A stretch of 64,000 bases of DNA from the IMG/VR virus record IMGVR_UViG_3300026097_000876, positions 197,807 through 261,806 of that record, one strand, 5' to 3'. How positions within the stretch are numbered: the first letter of the stretch is position 1; every line of letters begins with the position of its first letter. The translations under genes and the position numbers were made by a program. The notes under the pieces are model-generated. The model had not been told where the DNA came from. It saw only the letters and a list, made by a program, of their open reading frames with translations, and did not search any database. Of this stretch, positions 38,126-47,058 are shown piece after piece.

Positions 38126-39569
38126 AAATATCTCTTATATCTTTGCCTGTAATTTTTTTATATCGTTCTACTAGAAATGTTGGTGAGTCTAACGCAAATT
38201 TGTAACCTAAATCTCTGCAATGATTGCGTAATCTAAACCATCTTTCAATTCTTACTTTTTGTGTGTTATCACCGATTTCCCATGCTCCTACATCGTCATA
38301 GTCTACACCCATTTCTTGAAACTGATCGAATAGCGGCGTGCCTGGATAGATTCGCATAGTTGCTCCGAGACTGACTTGAAAAACTGTTCCATCTTTTGCA
38401 TACTTGGCATTTCGAGTAAACATGTCCATAGTTTCTTGAAATTCTTCCTCGCCTTCGCCCGGGTATCCAATTAGCATCATCATTACAGTATCGATGCCGT
38501 TTTTAGAACATTGTTCCAAAGTGTAGTCAATATCAACAGCTCTAGCACCCTTTTTCATTGCATTAAGAACTTTTTGACTGCCGCTCTCGATACCTAACAG
38601 CATTCTAGTACATCCGCTCTTTGATAACTTTTCGTATATTTCTGGACCTTGCGAATTAGGAGGTCTCACAATAAATTGTCCTCCCCATTTTACACCATCT
38701 AAATTTTCTTCAATGAGTGTGTCCATCATTGCATCCATTTGGGGAATATTACCGTTTAGTAAACTATCTGTAAAATAAAACTCTTTTATTCCTGGATGCG
38801 TCTTAACTTGATGTATAATTTCTTTTGCAATAGTTACTCCGCTTTTACTAGTAAAAGATGGCCAGCGTTTGCCTACATCACAAAACTTACAACGTCTAAT
38901 ACACCCTCTACTTCCAGTTAAGTATAACAGATCTGTTCCTTTTGGATCTTCAAATGGATCTCTAAACAAATGACTATATTGTGACAAGTCATAATCTGTA
39001 TAATCAGCAAACGGAAGTGAATCTAACTCTTTCATCTGTATAGGAAACTTTCCGTTTATTCCTGGATAGTCTGTATTTCCGTTAAGCAGATGTAGTATAG
39101 GATTTTCTCCTTCTGCTTCCACATATGCATAAATTCTATCTTGTTTAAGATTAGTAGGCCCGTAATCAGGTGATGCACCCGGTCCTCCTAATATAACTTT
39201 AACTTCGGGCAATCTAATAAGTATTTCGTCTAAGAACAAGTCACACATTACAAGTTGCCAATGACTTAATAATGTTATACCAACAAACTTTGGATTATAA
39301 CCTGCAATTTTCTCTACAGCCTGTTCTACTAACGGAACAAATATATGTTTAACTTTTTCAAAATATTTCTTGTTAATTAGTGTTTGGTCGTTGTCTAGCC
39401 AAAGATGAGCATATTCGTCTTTTACAATATTCCAAAATTCTACATTAAAGTCAATACATTTACTAGTATAACCATGTTCTTCGACAACTGCCTTTAGTGC
39501 TGCTGGCCCAATAAGAGGGCTTTGTACTTCAAATTTTGGAATACTAATAAAAACAATATCTTTATTCAT
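38115..39569 (-). CDS. Cobalamin-binding radical SAM enzyme (class B methyltransferase-like)
   Basis: N-terminal B12 domain (FVGIT...ILGGP...EGE); GSRGCIRRCKFC; FTDS; GIESGS; GYPGE. Confidence 0.85.
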   Translation of the reverse strand: MNKDIVFISIPKFEVQSPLIGPAALKAVVEEHGYTSKCIDFNVEFWNIVKDEYAHLWLDNDQTLINKKYFEKVKHIFVPLVEQAVEKIAGYNPKFVGITLLSHWQLVMCDLFLDEILIRLPEVKVILGGPGASPDYGPTNLKQDRIYAYVEAEGENPILHLLNGNTDYPGINGKFPIQMKELDSLPFADYTDYDLSQYSHLFRDPFEDPKGTDLLYLTGSRGCIRRCKFCDVGKRWPSFTSKSGVTIAKEIIHQVKTHPGIKEFYFTDSLLNGNIPQMDAMMDTLIEENLDGVKWGGQFIVRPPNSQGPEIYEKLSKSGCTRMLLGIESGSQKVLNAMKKGARAVDIDYTLEQCSKNGIDTVMMMLIGYPGEGEEEFQETMDMFTRNAKYAKDGTVFQVSLGATMRIYPGTPLFDQFQEMGVDYDDVGAWEIGDNTQKVRIERWFRLRNHCRDLGYKFALDSPTFLVERYKKITGKDIRDIYGG

Positions 39570-40344
39570 AAGTTCGATTTACCCTTCCTAAGTATATGAG
39601 AACAGCATATACTATAGTAGTTATCACACTTACTGATAAGACACTTGGACTAATGATGTCAGTAACATAACTCCACATAATAATTGGAAGAGTTTGAGTA
39701 CTATGATCTAATAACAACAACGCTACAATAAACTCGTCAAAACTAGTAATAAACGCAAGAGAACATCCTGCAAGCAATCCGGGCAACATAACTGGAAGTT
39801 GTATATCTTTTAATATTTGAAAACTATTTGCACCGCATAGTCTAGCACTTTTTGCAATATTTTCATCATAGTTATTTAGACTACTTAGCGTCATTAAAAT
39901 TACATAAGGAACACATAAAACAGTATGTGCTATAATAAGATTGATAAAACTGTTAGTAAACCCTATATCATTAAAAAAGAAAATCCAGCCAAGGCCAATA
40001 ATGATACTCGGTATTACAATAGGACTGATTATTACACTTAGAACTATTCCGTTTCTATATTGGTTCAACCACAACGCCGCAGGAACAGATAGTAGTATAC
40101 AACTAATAACAGTATATGCTCCTACTTGAAAACTAGTTACAATACTTTTATACCACATAGGATCTGTAAATAATTGGTTATACCATTTCAAGCTGAACTC
40201 AAAATCAGAAATTTTAAAATAGTTTCCACCGTCAACGCTAAACAAAATAATAACCAACATAGGCATTAACAAATATAAGAACATGCCATAAGCAAATAAT
40301 CTAAGCACGGGCGTCTCCTTTAAAGTTAATACGATAATAAACAT
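39562..40344 (-). CDS. potC: Polyamine ABC transporter permease, PotC-like
   Basis: FSLKWY; IIAHT; SARLCGA EAA loop; FITSFDEF; QTLP. Confidence 0.8.
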   Translation of the reverse strand: MFIIVLTLKETPVLRLFAYGMFLYLLMPMLVIILFSVDGGNYFKISDFEFSLKWYNQLFTDPMWYKSIVTSFQVGAYTVISCILLSVPAALWLNQYRNGIVLSVIISPIVIPSIIIGLGWIFFFNDIGFTNSFINLIIAHTVLCVPYVILMTLSSLNNYDENIAKSARLCGANSFQILKDIQLPVMLPGLLAGCSLAFITSFDEFIVALLLLDHSTQTLPIIMWSYVTDIISPSVLSVSVITTIVYAVLIYLGRVNRTYE

Positions 40345-41287
40345 AAAACAACATTAAACTAGTTGATAGCATAATAACTGTTAGCGCACTTGCTAGGCCC
40401 CAGTTTAATGTATATTGAACTTGTCTAATTATTTGTTCTGTAACAAACAGGCCTTTACTTCCACCTAACAGACTTGGAGTAATATAGTATCCAGTAACAC
40501 TCATAAATGTTAGTATGGTGCTGTTTGCAATACCTTTGATTGTTTGCGGCAAATACACATATCTAAATGTTTGAAATTTATTAGCACCTGAAATTGTACT
40601 TACTTTAATTAAATCGTTATTAACATTTTTCATAGCAAGATATATAGGTAATACACTTAGTGGCAGTGCGATATATACACTGCCTATATAAATTGCTGTA
40701 ATTGTATTCATAAGATCGAAAGGTTGTAACAATAATATCCAACTAACTGTACGACTTAAGAAGCTACTAAACAGCGGAATCAACACAACAAATAGTGCAA
40801 TCTTAGCTGCTTTGCCTTTTAGTTTAGTAAGATAATATGCAAGAGGATACGCTACTACTAAGCAAATGGCTGTAATAATTGCACTAAGAAGATATGTCCT
40901 TCCTATAACTTTTAAGTATAAGTCGTTAAATGCACGTTTAAAATTAGCAAATGTATAAGGCTTTACTTCTTGTTCTATTACACTCCAAAATGCAGGGTCT
41001 TGCCATCCAGGGTGTTCTAAACCTTTTCTAAACATACTTCGTGTTTTGTGATAGTGATGATTAAGGTAGGTGATAGATCTACGACTGTCCTCACGGGCTA
41101 AGTCACTTTTTATAGCTTCAGTCCGGTCTCCGCCGTTAACTACGTAGTCGGTTATGTTTGGAAGATAACGTTCAACAGTTGTGTTGTAAACACTATTTTT
41201 AAGAATTTCACCTAGTGGAAGGAGAAAGAACACTGCTAGAAAAAATACTAGCGGTATAATCTTTCCATGTTTCGCAAACAAATTCAT
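40301..41287 (-). CDS. potB: Polyamine ABC transporter permease, PotB-like
   Basis: ICLVVAYPLAY; SFLSRTVSW; ISGA..FQTF.YVYLP; YYITPSLLGG; NWGLASAL. Confidence 0.8.
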   Translation of the reverse strand: MNLFAKHGKIIPLVFFLAVFFLLPLGEILKNSVYNTTVERYLPNITDYVVNGGDRTEAIKSDLAREDSRRSITYLNHHYHKTRSMFRKGLEHPGWQDPAFWSVIEQEVKPYTFANFKRAFNDLYLKVIGRTYLLSAIITAICLVVAYPLAYYLTKLKGKAAKIALFVVLIPLFSSFLSRTVSWILLLQPFDLMNTITAIYIGSVYIALPLSVLPIYLAMKNVNNDLIKVSTISGANKFQTFRYVYLPQTIKGIANSTILTFMSVTGYYITPSLLGGSKGLFVTEQIIRQVQYTLNWGLASALTVIMLSTSLMLFYVYYRINFKGDARA

Positions 41288-41951
41288 TTACAAAATCACT
41301 CCTAGGATTATCAAGAATTTCTGTAGGACTGCCTACTTGCTCTACTTTTCCTTGATTCATAATAACAATAGTGTCGCACATATTAAATGCTTCAGTGAAG
41401 TCGTGTGTGACGTACACTACTGTTGTATTTTTAAGTAGCTGTTTAATATCTTTTTGTAATTTAATTCTTAGCTTTAAGTCTAGCGATGCTAAAGGTTCGT
41501 CCATTAGTATAACATCTGGATTATATACTAATGCCCTTGCAATTGCAACTCGCTGTTGTTGCCCACCGCTTAATTGTTTAGGATATTTATCAGCATGTTC
41601 TTCCATTCCTATAACATTTAAAATATTAGATACAGCGGATGTATTCTTGCCTTTTACTCTCAATGGATATGCTATATTTTCATAAGCAGTCATATTAGGA
41701 AATAAACTAAAGTTTTGAAACACCATTCCTAGTGGTCTTTTATTACTACTTAGGCTAGTAATATCCAAACCGTTAACTATTACTTGTCCACAGTCTGGTG
41801 TTTCAAACCCTGTAATGCAATTAAGTAGGGTACTTTTGCCGCTGCCACTAGGTCCTAGAACAGCGACATTCGATCCAGAAGAAACATTAAAAGTTACATC
41901 ATCGAGAACTTTATCTCGAAATGTTTTGCTAATGTTCTTTATTTCTAGCAT
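41208..41951 (-). CDS. potA: ABC ATPase, PotA-like, lacking the C-terminal TOBE/regulatory domain
   Basis: Walker A GPSGSGKS; VFQNFSLFP; LSGGQQQRV; ILMDEP; VTHD; the core ends at NPRSDFVNEF. Confidence 0.85.
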   Translation of the reverse strand: MLEIKNISKTFRDKVLDDVTFNVSSGSNVAVLGPSGSGKSTLLNCITGFETPDCGQVIVNGLDITSLSSNKRPLGMVFQNFSLFPNMTAYENIAYPLRVKGKNTSAVSNILNVIGMEEHADKYPKQLSGGQQQRVAIARALVYNPDVILMDEPLASLDLKLRIKLQKDIKQLLKNTTVVYVTHDFTEAFNMCDTIVIMNQGKVEQVGSPTEILDNPRSDFVNEFVCETWKDYTASIFSSSVLSPSTR

Positions 41952-43036
41952 TAGTCTAAGAGCCAGGCTTCCCAGCGTTCATTGATGCGTTCGCCATTGT
42001 CAGCCCACCATGCGCCGTCACGTGGAATGCTACCAGTATAGTTATTAGGGTTAGTAACCATTTCGGCTTCCATGTCTGATCCAGTGTCTACCGAAGTCCA
42101 GTTGCCTGAATTTAAATCAATTGAACTCTTACGTGTAGGCGAGTAAGGAATAATACGACTAATTAGTGCTAGTGTTTCTGTACTAGTAGCATGTTGCAAA
42201 AACGCCTTTACTTCAGGAGTCATTTGTCCTTTTGCTACTACCCAAGGAGAAACTGTATAAATTTGTGCATCCCAAATTTGCTCAATGCTTTGTCCGTCTA
42301 CGTTCTTGGCTTTCCAAAAACGTCCATTATAGCTTGCTAAAATTTGTACTTGTCCTGCACTCAATTGTTGAATACCAGCGGCTGCTTTGTCCCACCATAC
42401 AATATGATCTTTAATAGTATCTAACTTAGCAAATGCACGATCGAGTCCTTCGTCAGTTGCTAGTACATCACGTACAATGTTTCGATCCACTCCATCGGCA
42501 ATCAGTGCCCATTCTAAGTTATTGTAAGGACGGCGTTGTAATCCTCGCTTTCCTGGAAACTGTTCAACATCAAATACATCGTAAATTGTTTGTGGTGCGT
42601 TGTTAGCGTATGTTTCTGGATCGTATCCAAACTGAATACTGTATACTGCCTGTGGTGCCACACAATCTTTTAGCATACCAGGAAGAAAGTCCTCACTAGG
42701 TAGTGTACCGTCTGGTGCAGGCAGCAACACATCGTCGTGATTAAAGTTTTCTACTAAACCGTCTTCGCATGCAATAGCAAGTGCTTCCTGAGGAATATCA
42801 ATTACATCATATGTAATGTTTCCTGTTTCAATTTGTGTACGCAATGCTGCTAGTGCAGAGTGTGCATTTTTGATAACGTTTACAGTTACATCTGGATTCT
42901 GCTCAATAAACGGATCAATTGCTGCTCTTTGTTGTGCTTCGCCCCATGCACCGCCATAATTTACAATATTTACAGTACTGTCAGCATATGCTGAACTTGC
43001 AACAAGTGCTAGAACTGTCATAAAGGTATATTTCAT
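41951..43036 (-). CDS. potD: Periplasmic polyamine-binding protein, PotD/PotF-like
   Basis: Signal peptide MKYTFMTVLALVASSAYA; YGGAWG.AQ; FPGKRGL; LEWALIADG; DRAFAKLD.IK..IVWW; SD AGGAG. Confidence 0.8.
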   Translation of the reverse strand: MKYTFMTVLALVASSAYADSTVNIVNYGGAWGEAQQRAAIDPFIEQNPDVTVNVIKNAHSALAALRTQIETGNITYDVIDIPQEALAIACEDGLVENFNHDDVLLPAPDGTLPSEDFLPGMLKDCVAPQAVYSIQFGYDPETYANNAPQTIYDVFDVEQFPGKRGLQRRPYNNLEWALIADGVDRNIVRDVLATDEGLDRAFAKLDTIKDHIVWWDKAAAGIQQLSAGQVQILASYNGRFWKAKNVDGQSIEQIWDAQIYTVSPWVVAKGQMTPEVKAFLQHATSTETLALISRIIPYSPTRKSSIDLNSGNWTSVDTGSDMEAEMVTNPNNYTGSIPRDGAWWADNGERINERWEAWLLD

Positions 43037-43060
43037 TTCATCTCCTGTAAGTCTTACTAT

Positions 43061-43095
43061 AGTAATTATCTACGTATATAACTTAGATATTTACT
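43061..43095 (-). promoter_or_regulatory. Imperfect inverted repeat in the potD leader containing TAAATA and the TATATACGTAG motif
   Basis: Arms 43061-43072 and 43084-43095 pair at 11/12; TAAATA at 43088-43093 (minus strand); motif at 43070-43080. Confidence 0.4.
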
Positions 43096-43110
43096 TCTGA
43101 CATACTAATA

Positions 43111-43139
43111 ATAATACTACAATCAGCTCTAGTAGTCAA
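43111..43139 (-). promoter_or_regulatory. sigma70-type promoter TTGACT-N17-TATTAT for the potD operon
   Basis: -35 at 43134-43139 and -10 at 43111-43116 on the minus strand. Confidence 0.6.
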
Positions 43140-43167
43140 CTGTTTTATCGAGCATATATAATATACA

Positions 43168-44022
43168 ATGTCATATAAAGTAACACATAATCACCATCTT
43201 AGCGTTCGCAAAACAACAGATTATATTGTAAAATTAGGTCGTTGTGAGAACATGCCTATGGATTTTAAATCTGAAGCATTACGAGCTGCTAAGTTAATAG
43301 CAAAAGAATCTAATAATATATGGATTAGTTACAGCGGCGGTATAGACAGTGAGTTTATTATTCAAGTGTTTCTTGAAGCAGGCATCCAATTTAGAGTTGC
43401 CACAATTGTTATGAAAGACGGATCTAACGATTACGATCTACAGCACAGTAGAAATTTTTGTAAACGTATGGGTATCAAGCTACACGAATTTGAAATTGAT
43501 TTAGAAGAGTTTTATAAAAATGATCTAGAAACATATGCTGTTGCAACTAATTGTATTAGTCCACAGTTTCCGGTGCATATGTGGTTATGGGATCAACTAG
43601 ATGGATTTATAGTTGCAGGCCACGGTGATCCAATCTTTAAACGTAAAGATTCTAGATGGTATCTTCAAATTCAAAAAAAAGAAGACAGCGTATTTAGATA
43701 TGCTCAGTGGAGAAATAGAAACATGGCTCCGGGATTTTACGTATATACTCCGGAACTTCTACTAAGTTTTATGCTAGAAAAAGAAGTAAGTAATATGTTT
43801 ATTGCTCCTAAGTTAGCAGGGTTAAGAGATATTGCACAAGTCAAACATCTGGTTTATTCTAAATATTACGATATGGTCGAAAGAGAAAAAAGAACTGGCT
43901 TTGAGTTAGTAGATAACTTAAACAATGAATATAAAATACATTTAGAAAATACAATACCCGGACATGGCGTATTTCTACAATCAGTAGAAGACCTATTACA
44001 TAGAATTTGGCCTAAACTATGA
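43168..44022 (+). CDS. PP-loop (N-type ATP pyrophosphatase) family protein
   Basis: WISYSGGIDSE PP-loop; no QueC-type C-terminal cysteine cluster. Confidence 0.65.
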   Translation: MSYKVTHNHHLSVRKTTDYIVKLGRCENMPMDFKSEALRAAKLIAKESNNIWISYSGGIDSEFIIQVFLEAGIQFRVATIVMKDGSNDYDLQHSRNFCKRMGIKLHEFEIDLEEFYKNDLETYAVATNCISPQFPVHMWLWDQLDGFIVAGHGDPIFKRKDSRWYLQIQKKEDSVFRYAQWRNRNMAPGFYVYTPELLLSFMLEKEVSNMFIAPKLAGLRDIAQVKHLVYSKYYDMVEREKRTGFELVDNLNNEYKIHLENTIPGHGVFLQSVEDLLHRIWPKL

Positions 44023-44468
44023 TTATTAAACAAGTAGATTTTGAAACAGTGTTACCTGCGTGGGAAAACAATCTTTGGCCTAATCGCAAAGATCCTATTA
44101 AACCTACAAATAATATTTGTTATCTAGGTGGAAGAGATAAAGATATTAATAATCAAACACCTGTATTTTTTGCCGTGTACGATAATAAAACTATAGTAGG
44201 TGTAAACAGCGGCTTTCCTACACTACACGGAGGATTTCGTAGTAGAGGTATTTGGGTTGATCCGGCATATAGAGAAAAAGGTGTTGGGGCAATGTTGCTA
44301 AATGCTGTAATTGATTATGCTCGAGAGAATGAATATTCTTATGCATGGAGTATGCCAAGACAAAGTGCTCTATCAGCATATACTAATGTAGGCTTTGAGC
44401 AAACAAGCGATTTTTTTGACGAAGGCGTAGAGTTTGGTCCTAACTGTTTTGTAAGGATTGATCTATGA
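44019..44468 (+). CDS. GNAT acetyltransferase
   Basis: RGIWVDPAYREKGVG motif A; YTNVGF. Confidence 0.85.
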   Translation: MIIKQVDFETVLPAWENNLWPNRKDPIKPTNNICYLGGRDKDINNQTPVFFAVYDNKTIVGVNSGFPTLHGGFRSRGIWVDPAYREKGVGAMLLNAVIDYARENEYSYAWSMPRQSALSAYTNVGFEQTSDFFDEGVEFGPNCFVRIDL

Positions 44469-45937
44469 CTGATGTAGTTTTAGTTACTTTACCTAAAATG
44501 GAAATTAGAGCACCCTTAATTGGCCCGGCTGCTCTTAAAAGTATATGCGAAGCAGATGGGTACTCTGTACATTGCGTTGACTTTAATATCGAACTATATC
44601 ATCAATTGCGAACACAAGTTCCTGAATGGTGGATTTATAATGATCAAACATTTATGCAAGACGATTTATTTGACGAAGCATGGACTACTATATTAGAACC
44701 TATAGTTCACAGCTGGTGTAAAAAACTACAAGACCTAAATCCTAAAGTAATTGGTGTTACAGTATTAAGCATGTGGACCGAACGTATCTGTAATAAGTTT
44801 TTGCAAACACTAGAATTATATTGTCCAGATACCCGTGTAGTATTAGGGGGACCGGGAACACAGCCAGCATATGGTCCAAAGATGCTAGAAGCAAAAAAAA
44901 TTGATGCATACATTACAGGCGAAGGCGAAGTTAGTTTTTTAGAATATCTTAGAGGCAACAAATATTATCCTGGAATAAATGGCAATCCTGCTGAACAGAT
45001 TGGAGATATGAATACATTACCGTTTCCTGACTATAGTGATTTTGATTTATCAAAATATAGCAGCACTTGGTGGGAACCTCACAAAGAGCCAACAGGGTGT
45101 AAATGGTTGTATATTACAGGCACTCGGGGGTGTATTAAGCGATGCACTTTTTGTAATGTAGGATCAATATGGCCAAAGTTTGTTAGCAAAACAGGTGAAA
45201 CTATTGCTAAAGAAATAAAACATTATATGGATACTACAGGAGTAACTCACTATTATTTTACTGACAGTTTACTCAATGGTAATGTAAAGAATCTAGAAGA
45301 AATGGTAGACGCTATTATTTCTTTAGGTATTAAGCCTACTATAAAAGGACAATGGATTGCTCGTGGTAAAGATTTAATTAATAGTGAGCTATGGAAAAAG
45401 ATGGGCAGAGCAGGTTTCAAACAACTCTTAGTGGGTATCGAAAGTGGAAGTTATAAAACACGCAACGAAATGAAAAAGGGTGTTAGAGAAGAAGATATAG
45501 AATATACATTTGAACAAGCAAGCAAAAACAAAATTAGATGTATACCGTTGCTTATGGTAGGATATCCAACAGAGACAGCAGAAGATTTTGAGGAAAATAT
45601 TAAATTTTGGACTAGGTATAAAAAATATAATGACAATGGTACTATTCTAAAACCTAGTGTGATGGCAACGAATATTTTACCAGACACTCCTCTACATCAT
45701 AAATTTACCGGAAACGGACTAGAGTATGACGATTTAGGTAACTGGGTATATAAAGACAACACTATGAAAGTTCGAATCGAACGCTGGTTTAGATATCGAG
45801 ACGAGGCACATCGCTTAGGTTATGAACTTACTTTAGATACTCCTAAACATCTCATAAGAGAATACAAGCGTATTACTGGAATAGATCTTAGTGAAGAATA
45901 CAAACTCAAAGATACAGAAGAAATATGGAATGATTGA
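44465..45937 (+). CDS. Cobalamin-binding radical SAM enzyme, paralogue of 38115
   Basis: PLIGPAALK; VLGGP; GTRGCIKRCTFC; FTDS; GIESGS; GYPTE. Confidence 0.85.
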   Translation: MTDVVLVTLPKMEIRAPLIGPAALKSICEADGYSVHCVDFNIELYHQLRTQVPEWWIYNDQTFMQDDLFDEAWTTILEPIVHSWCKKLQDLNPKVIGVTVLSMWTERICNKFLQTLELYCPDTRVVLGGPGTQPAYGPKMLEAKKIDAYITGEGEVSFLEYLRGNKYYPGINGNPAEQIGDMNTLPFPDYSDFDLSKYSSTWWEPHKEPTGCKWLYITGTRGCIKRCTFCNVGSIWPKFVSKTGETIAKEIKHYMDTTGVTHYYFTDSLLNGNVKNLEEMVDAIISLGIKPTIKGQWIARGKDLINSELWKKMGRAGFKQLLVGIESGSYKTRNEMKKGVREEDIEYTFEQASKNKIRCIPLLMVGYPTETAEDFEENIKFWTRYKKYNDNGTILKPSVMATNILPDTPLHHKFTGNGLEYDDLGNWVYKDNTMKVRIERWFRYRDEAHRLGYELTLDTPKHLIREYKRITGIDLSEEYKLKDTEEIWND

Positions 45938-45964
45938 TACATATTTAATAAAGGATTAAACAAT

Positions 45965-46567
45965 ATGATAAACACACTTTATAAAGTACCAATTTGGATA
46001 CAAGACAATACATTGCCGCAAGATAAATTAGATATGCTAGAACAAGCATGCTACGACAAGTGTCAACCATTGTCAGATTATCCAGATGAATTTAATCCTG
46101 ATATTTTTAAATTTTCTCGTTCTAACAAAATAAATGTTCATACGGAGCCTGAATTTAAAGAAGTTACTAACTTAATGTTAACAGCCGCAAGAAATATGAT
46201 GTTAGAAATGAGTTACACACAAGAACAGGCTCAGCGTCTTAGAATTGTTAACAGCTGGTTTGCAATATATAAAAATAAAGATAATCTACCTATGCATACA
46301 CACCGTGATAGTTTCTTTTCAGGAGCATATTATATTAAAGATGTTACAGATTGTAAATTACGATTTATTCATGACATCTATAGAAATACACCTTACCCAG
46401 AAGATTTACATAATGAATGGGGCAAAAATGTTACAGACTTTGATTGTAAAGACGGACGAATTATTATATTTCCTAGTGACTGTATACACGGAATTGATCA
46501 GCTTAATAGTAATAAGCCCGATAATGAACCTATTAAAGTTATGTTATCGTATAATTTTAATTTTTAA
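45965..46567 (+). CDS. 2OG-Fe(II) oxygenase-like protein (TIGR02466-type)
   Basis: HTHRDSFFSGAYY; IFPS..IHG; MLSYN. Confidence 0.7.
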   Translation: MINTLYKVPIWIQDNTLPQDKLDMLEQACYDKCQPLSDYPDEFNPDIFKFSRSNKINVHTEPEFKEVTNLMLTAARNMMLEMSYTQEQAQRLRIVNSWFAIYKNKDNLPMHTHRDSFFSGAYYIKDVTDCKLRFIHDIYRNTPYPEDLHNEWGKNVTDFDCKDGRIIIFPSDCIHGIDQLNSNKPDNEPIKVMLSYNFNF

Positions 46568-47058
46568 ACACAGGCAACAATATGAATTCGATCCTCAAAA
46601 CTTCCGTTTAATGCTAGGTGCTTTAATCTAGTATCTAACCAATATAAATGACCTACTGATTCCATTCTTAATATTTCTTCGTCTACTATAAACATACAAT
46701 TATTATTTGTAGTTACAGGAATATGCATTCGCGGGGTTGGATCTGTGTGATATGAATAACATTCTTTAGAGCGCAGTGTCATTACTCTAGTTCTATATAA
46801 ATTATTTTCTTTAATAATACTATTAATATATGGTATATCGTAGTAACATTCGGTAATATCTGTTTCTTCAAAATGTGTTTTAGCAGTTCTTTCTTTGTTT
46901 ATAGGATCAAACACATCAAAATCACCTCTCCATGTTTGTAGATTATTGTTAGAATTTATAGCGTAGTTAATACTTTCTAATTCACTAATAATCTTTTCAA
47001 CATCATATTTTTTGCCTGTTTTTATAAATTTATTCACGTACCTTTTCCCTTCGGACAT
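46564..47058 (-). CDS. 2OG-Fe(II) oxygenase (aspartyl beta-hydroxylase-like)
   Basis: YHTD HxD; RMHIP; HLALN; RIHIV. Confidence 0.7.
   Translation of the reverse strand: MSEGKRYVNKFIKTGKKYDVEKIISELESINYAINSNNNLQTWRGDFDVFDPINKERTAKTHFEETDITECYYDIPYINSIIKENNLYRTRVMTLRSKECYSYHTDPTPRMHIPVTTNNNCMFIVDEEILRMESVGHLYWLDTRLKHLALNGSFEDRIHIVACV

Noticed and set aside
39562-43036. Host chromosome contamination as the source of the ABC operon
   Set aside because: It overlaps the downstream rSAM gene whose paralogue lies on the other side, and its leader shares phage motifs; read-level confirmation is still needed.
43047-43057. GTAAG-T-CTTAC palindrome next to the potD SD as an operator
   Set aside because: Only 5-bp arms in AT-rich DNA and a single occurrence; expected by chance.
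43168-44022. Calling the PP-loop protein QueC
   Set aside because: It lacks the C-terminal zinc cysteine cluster and lies 12 kb from queE.
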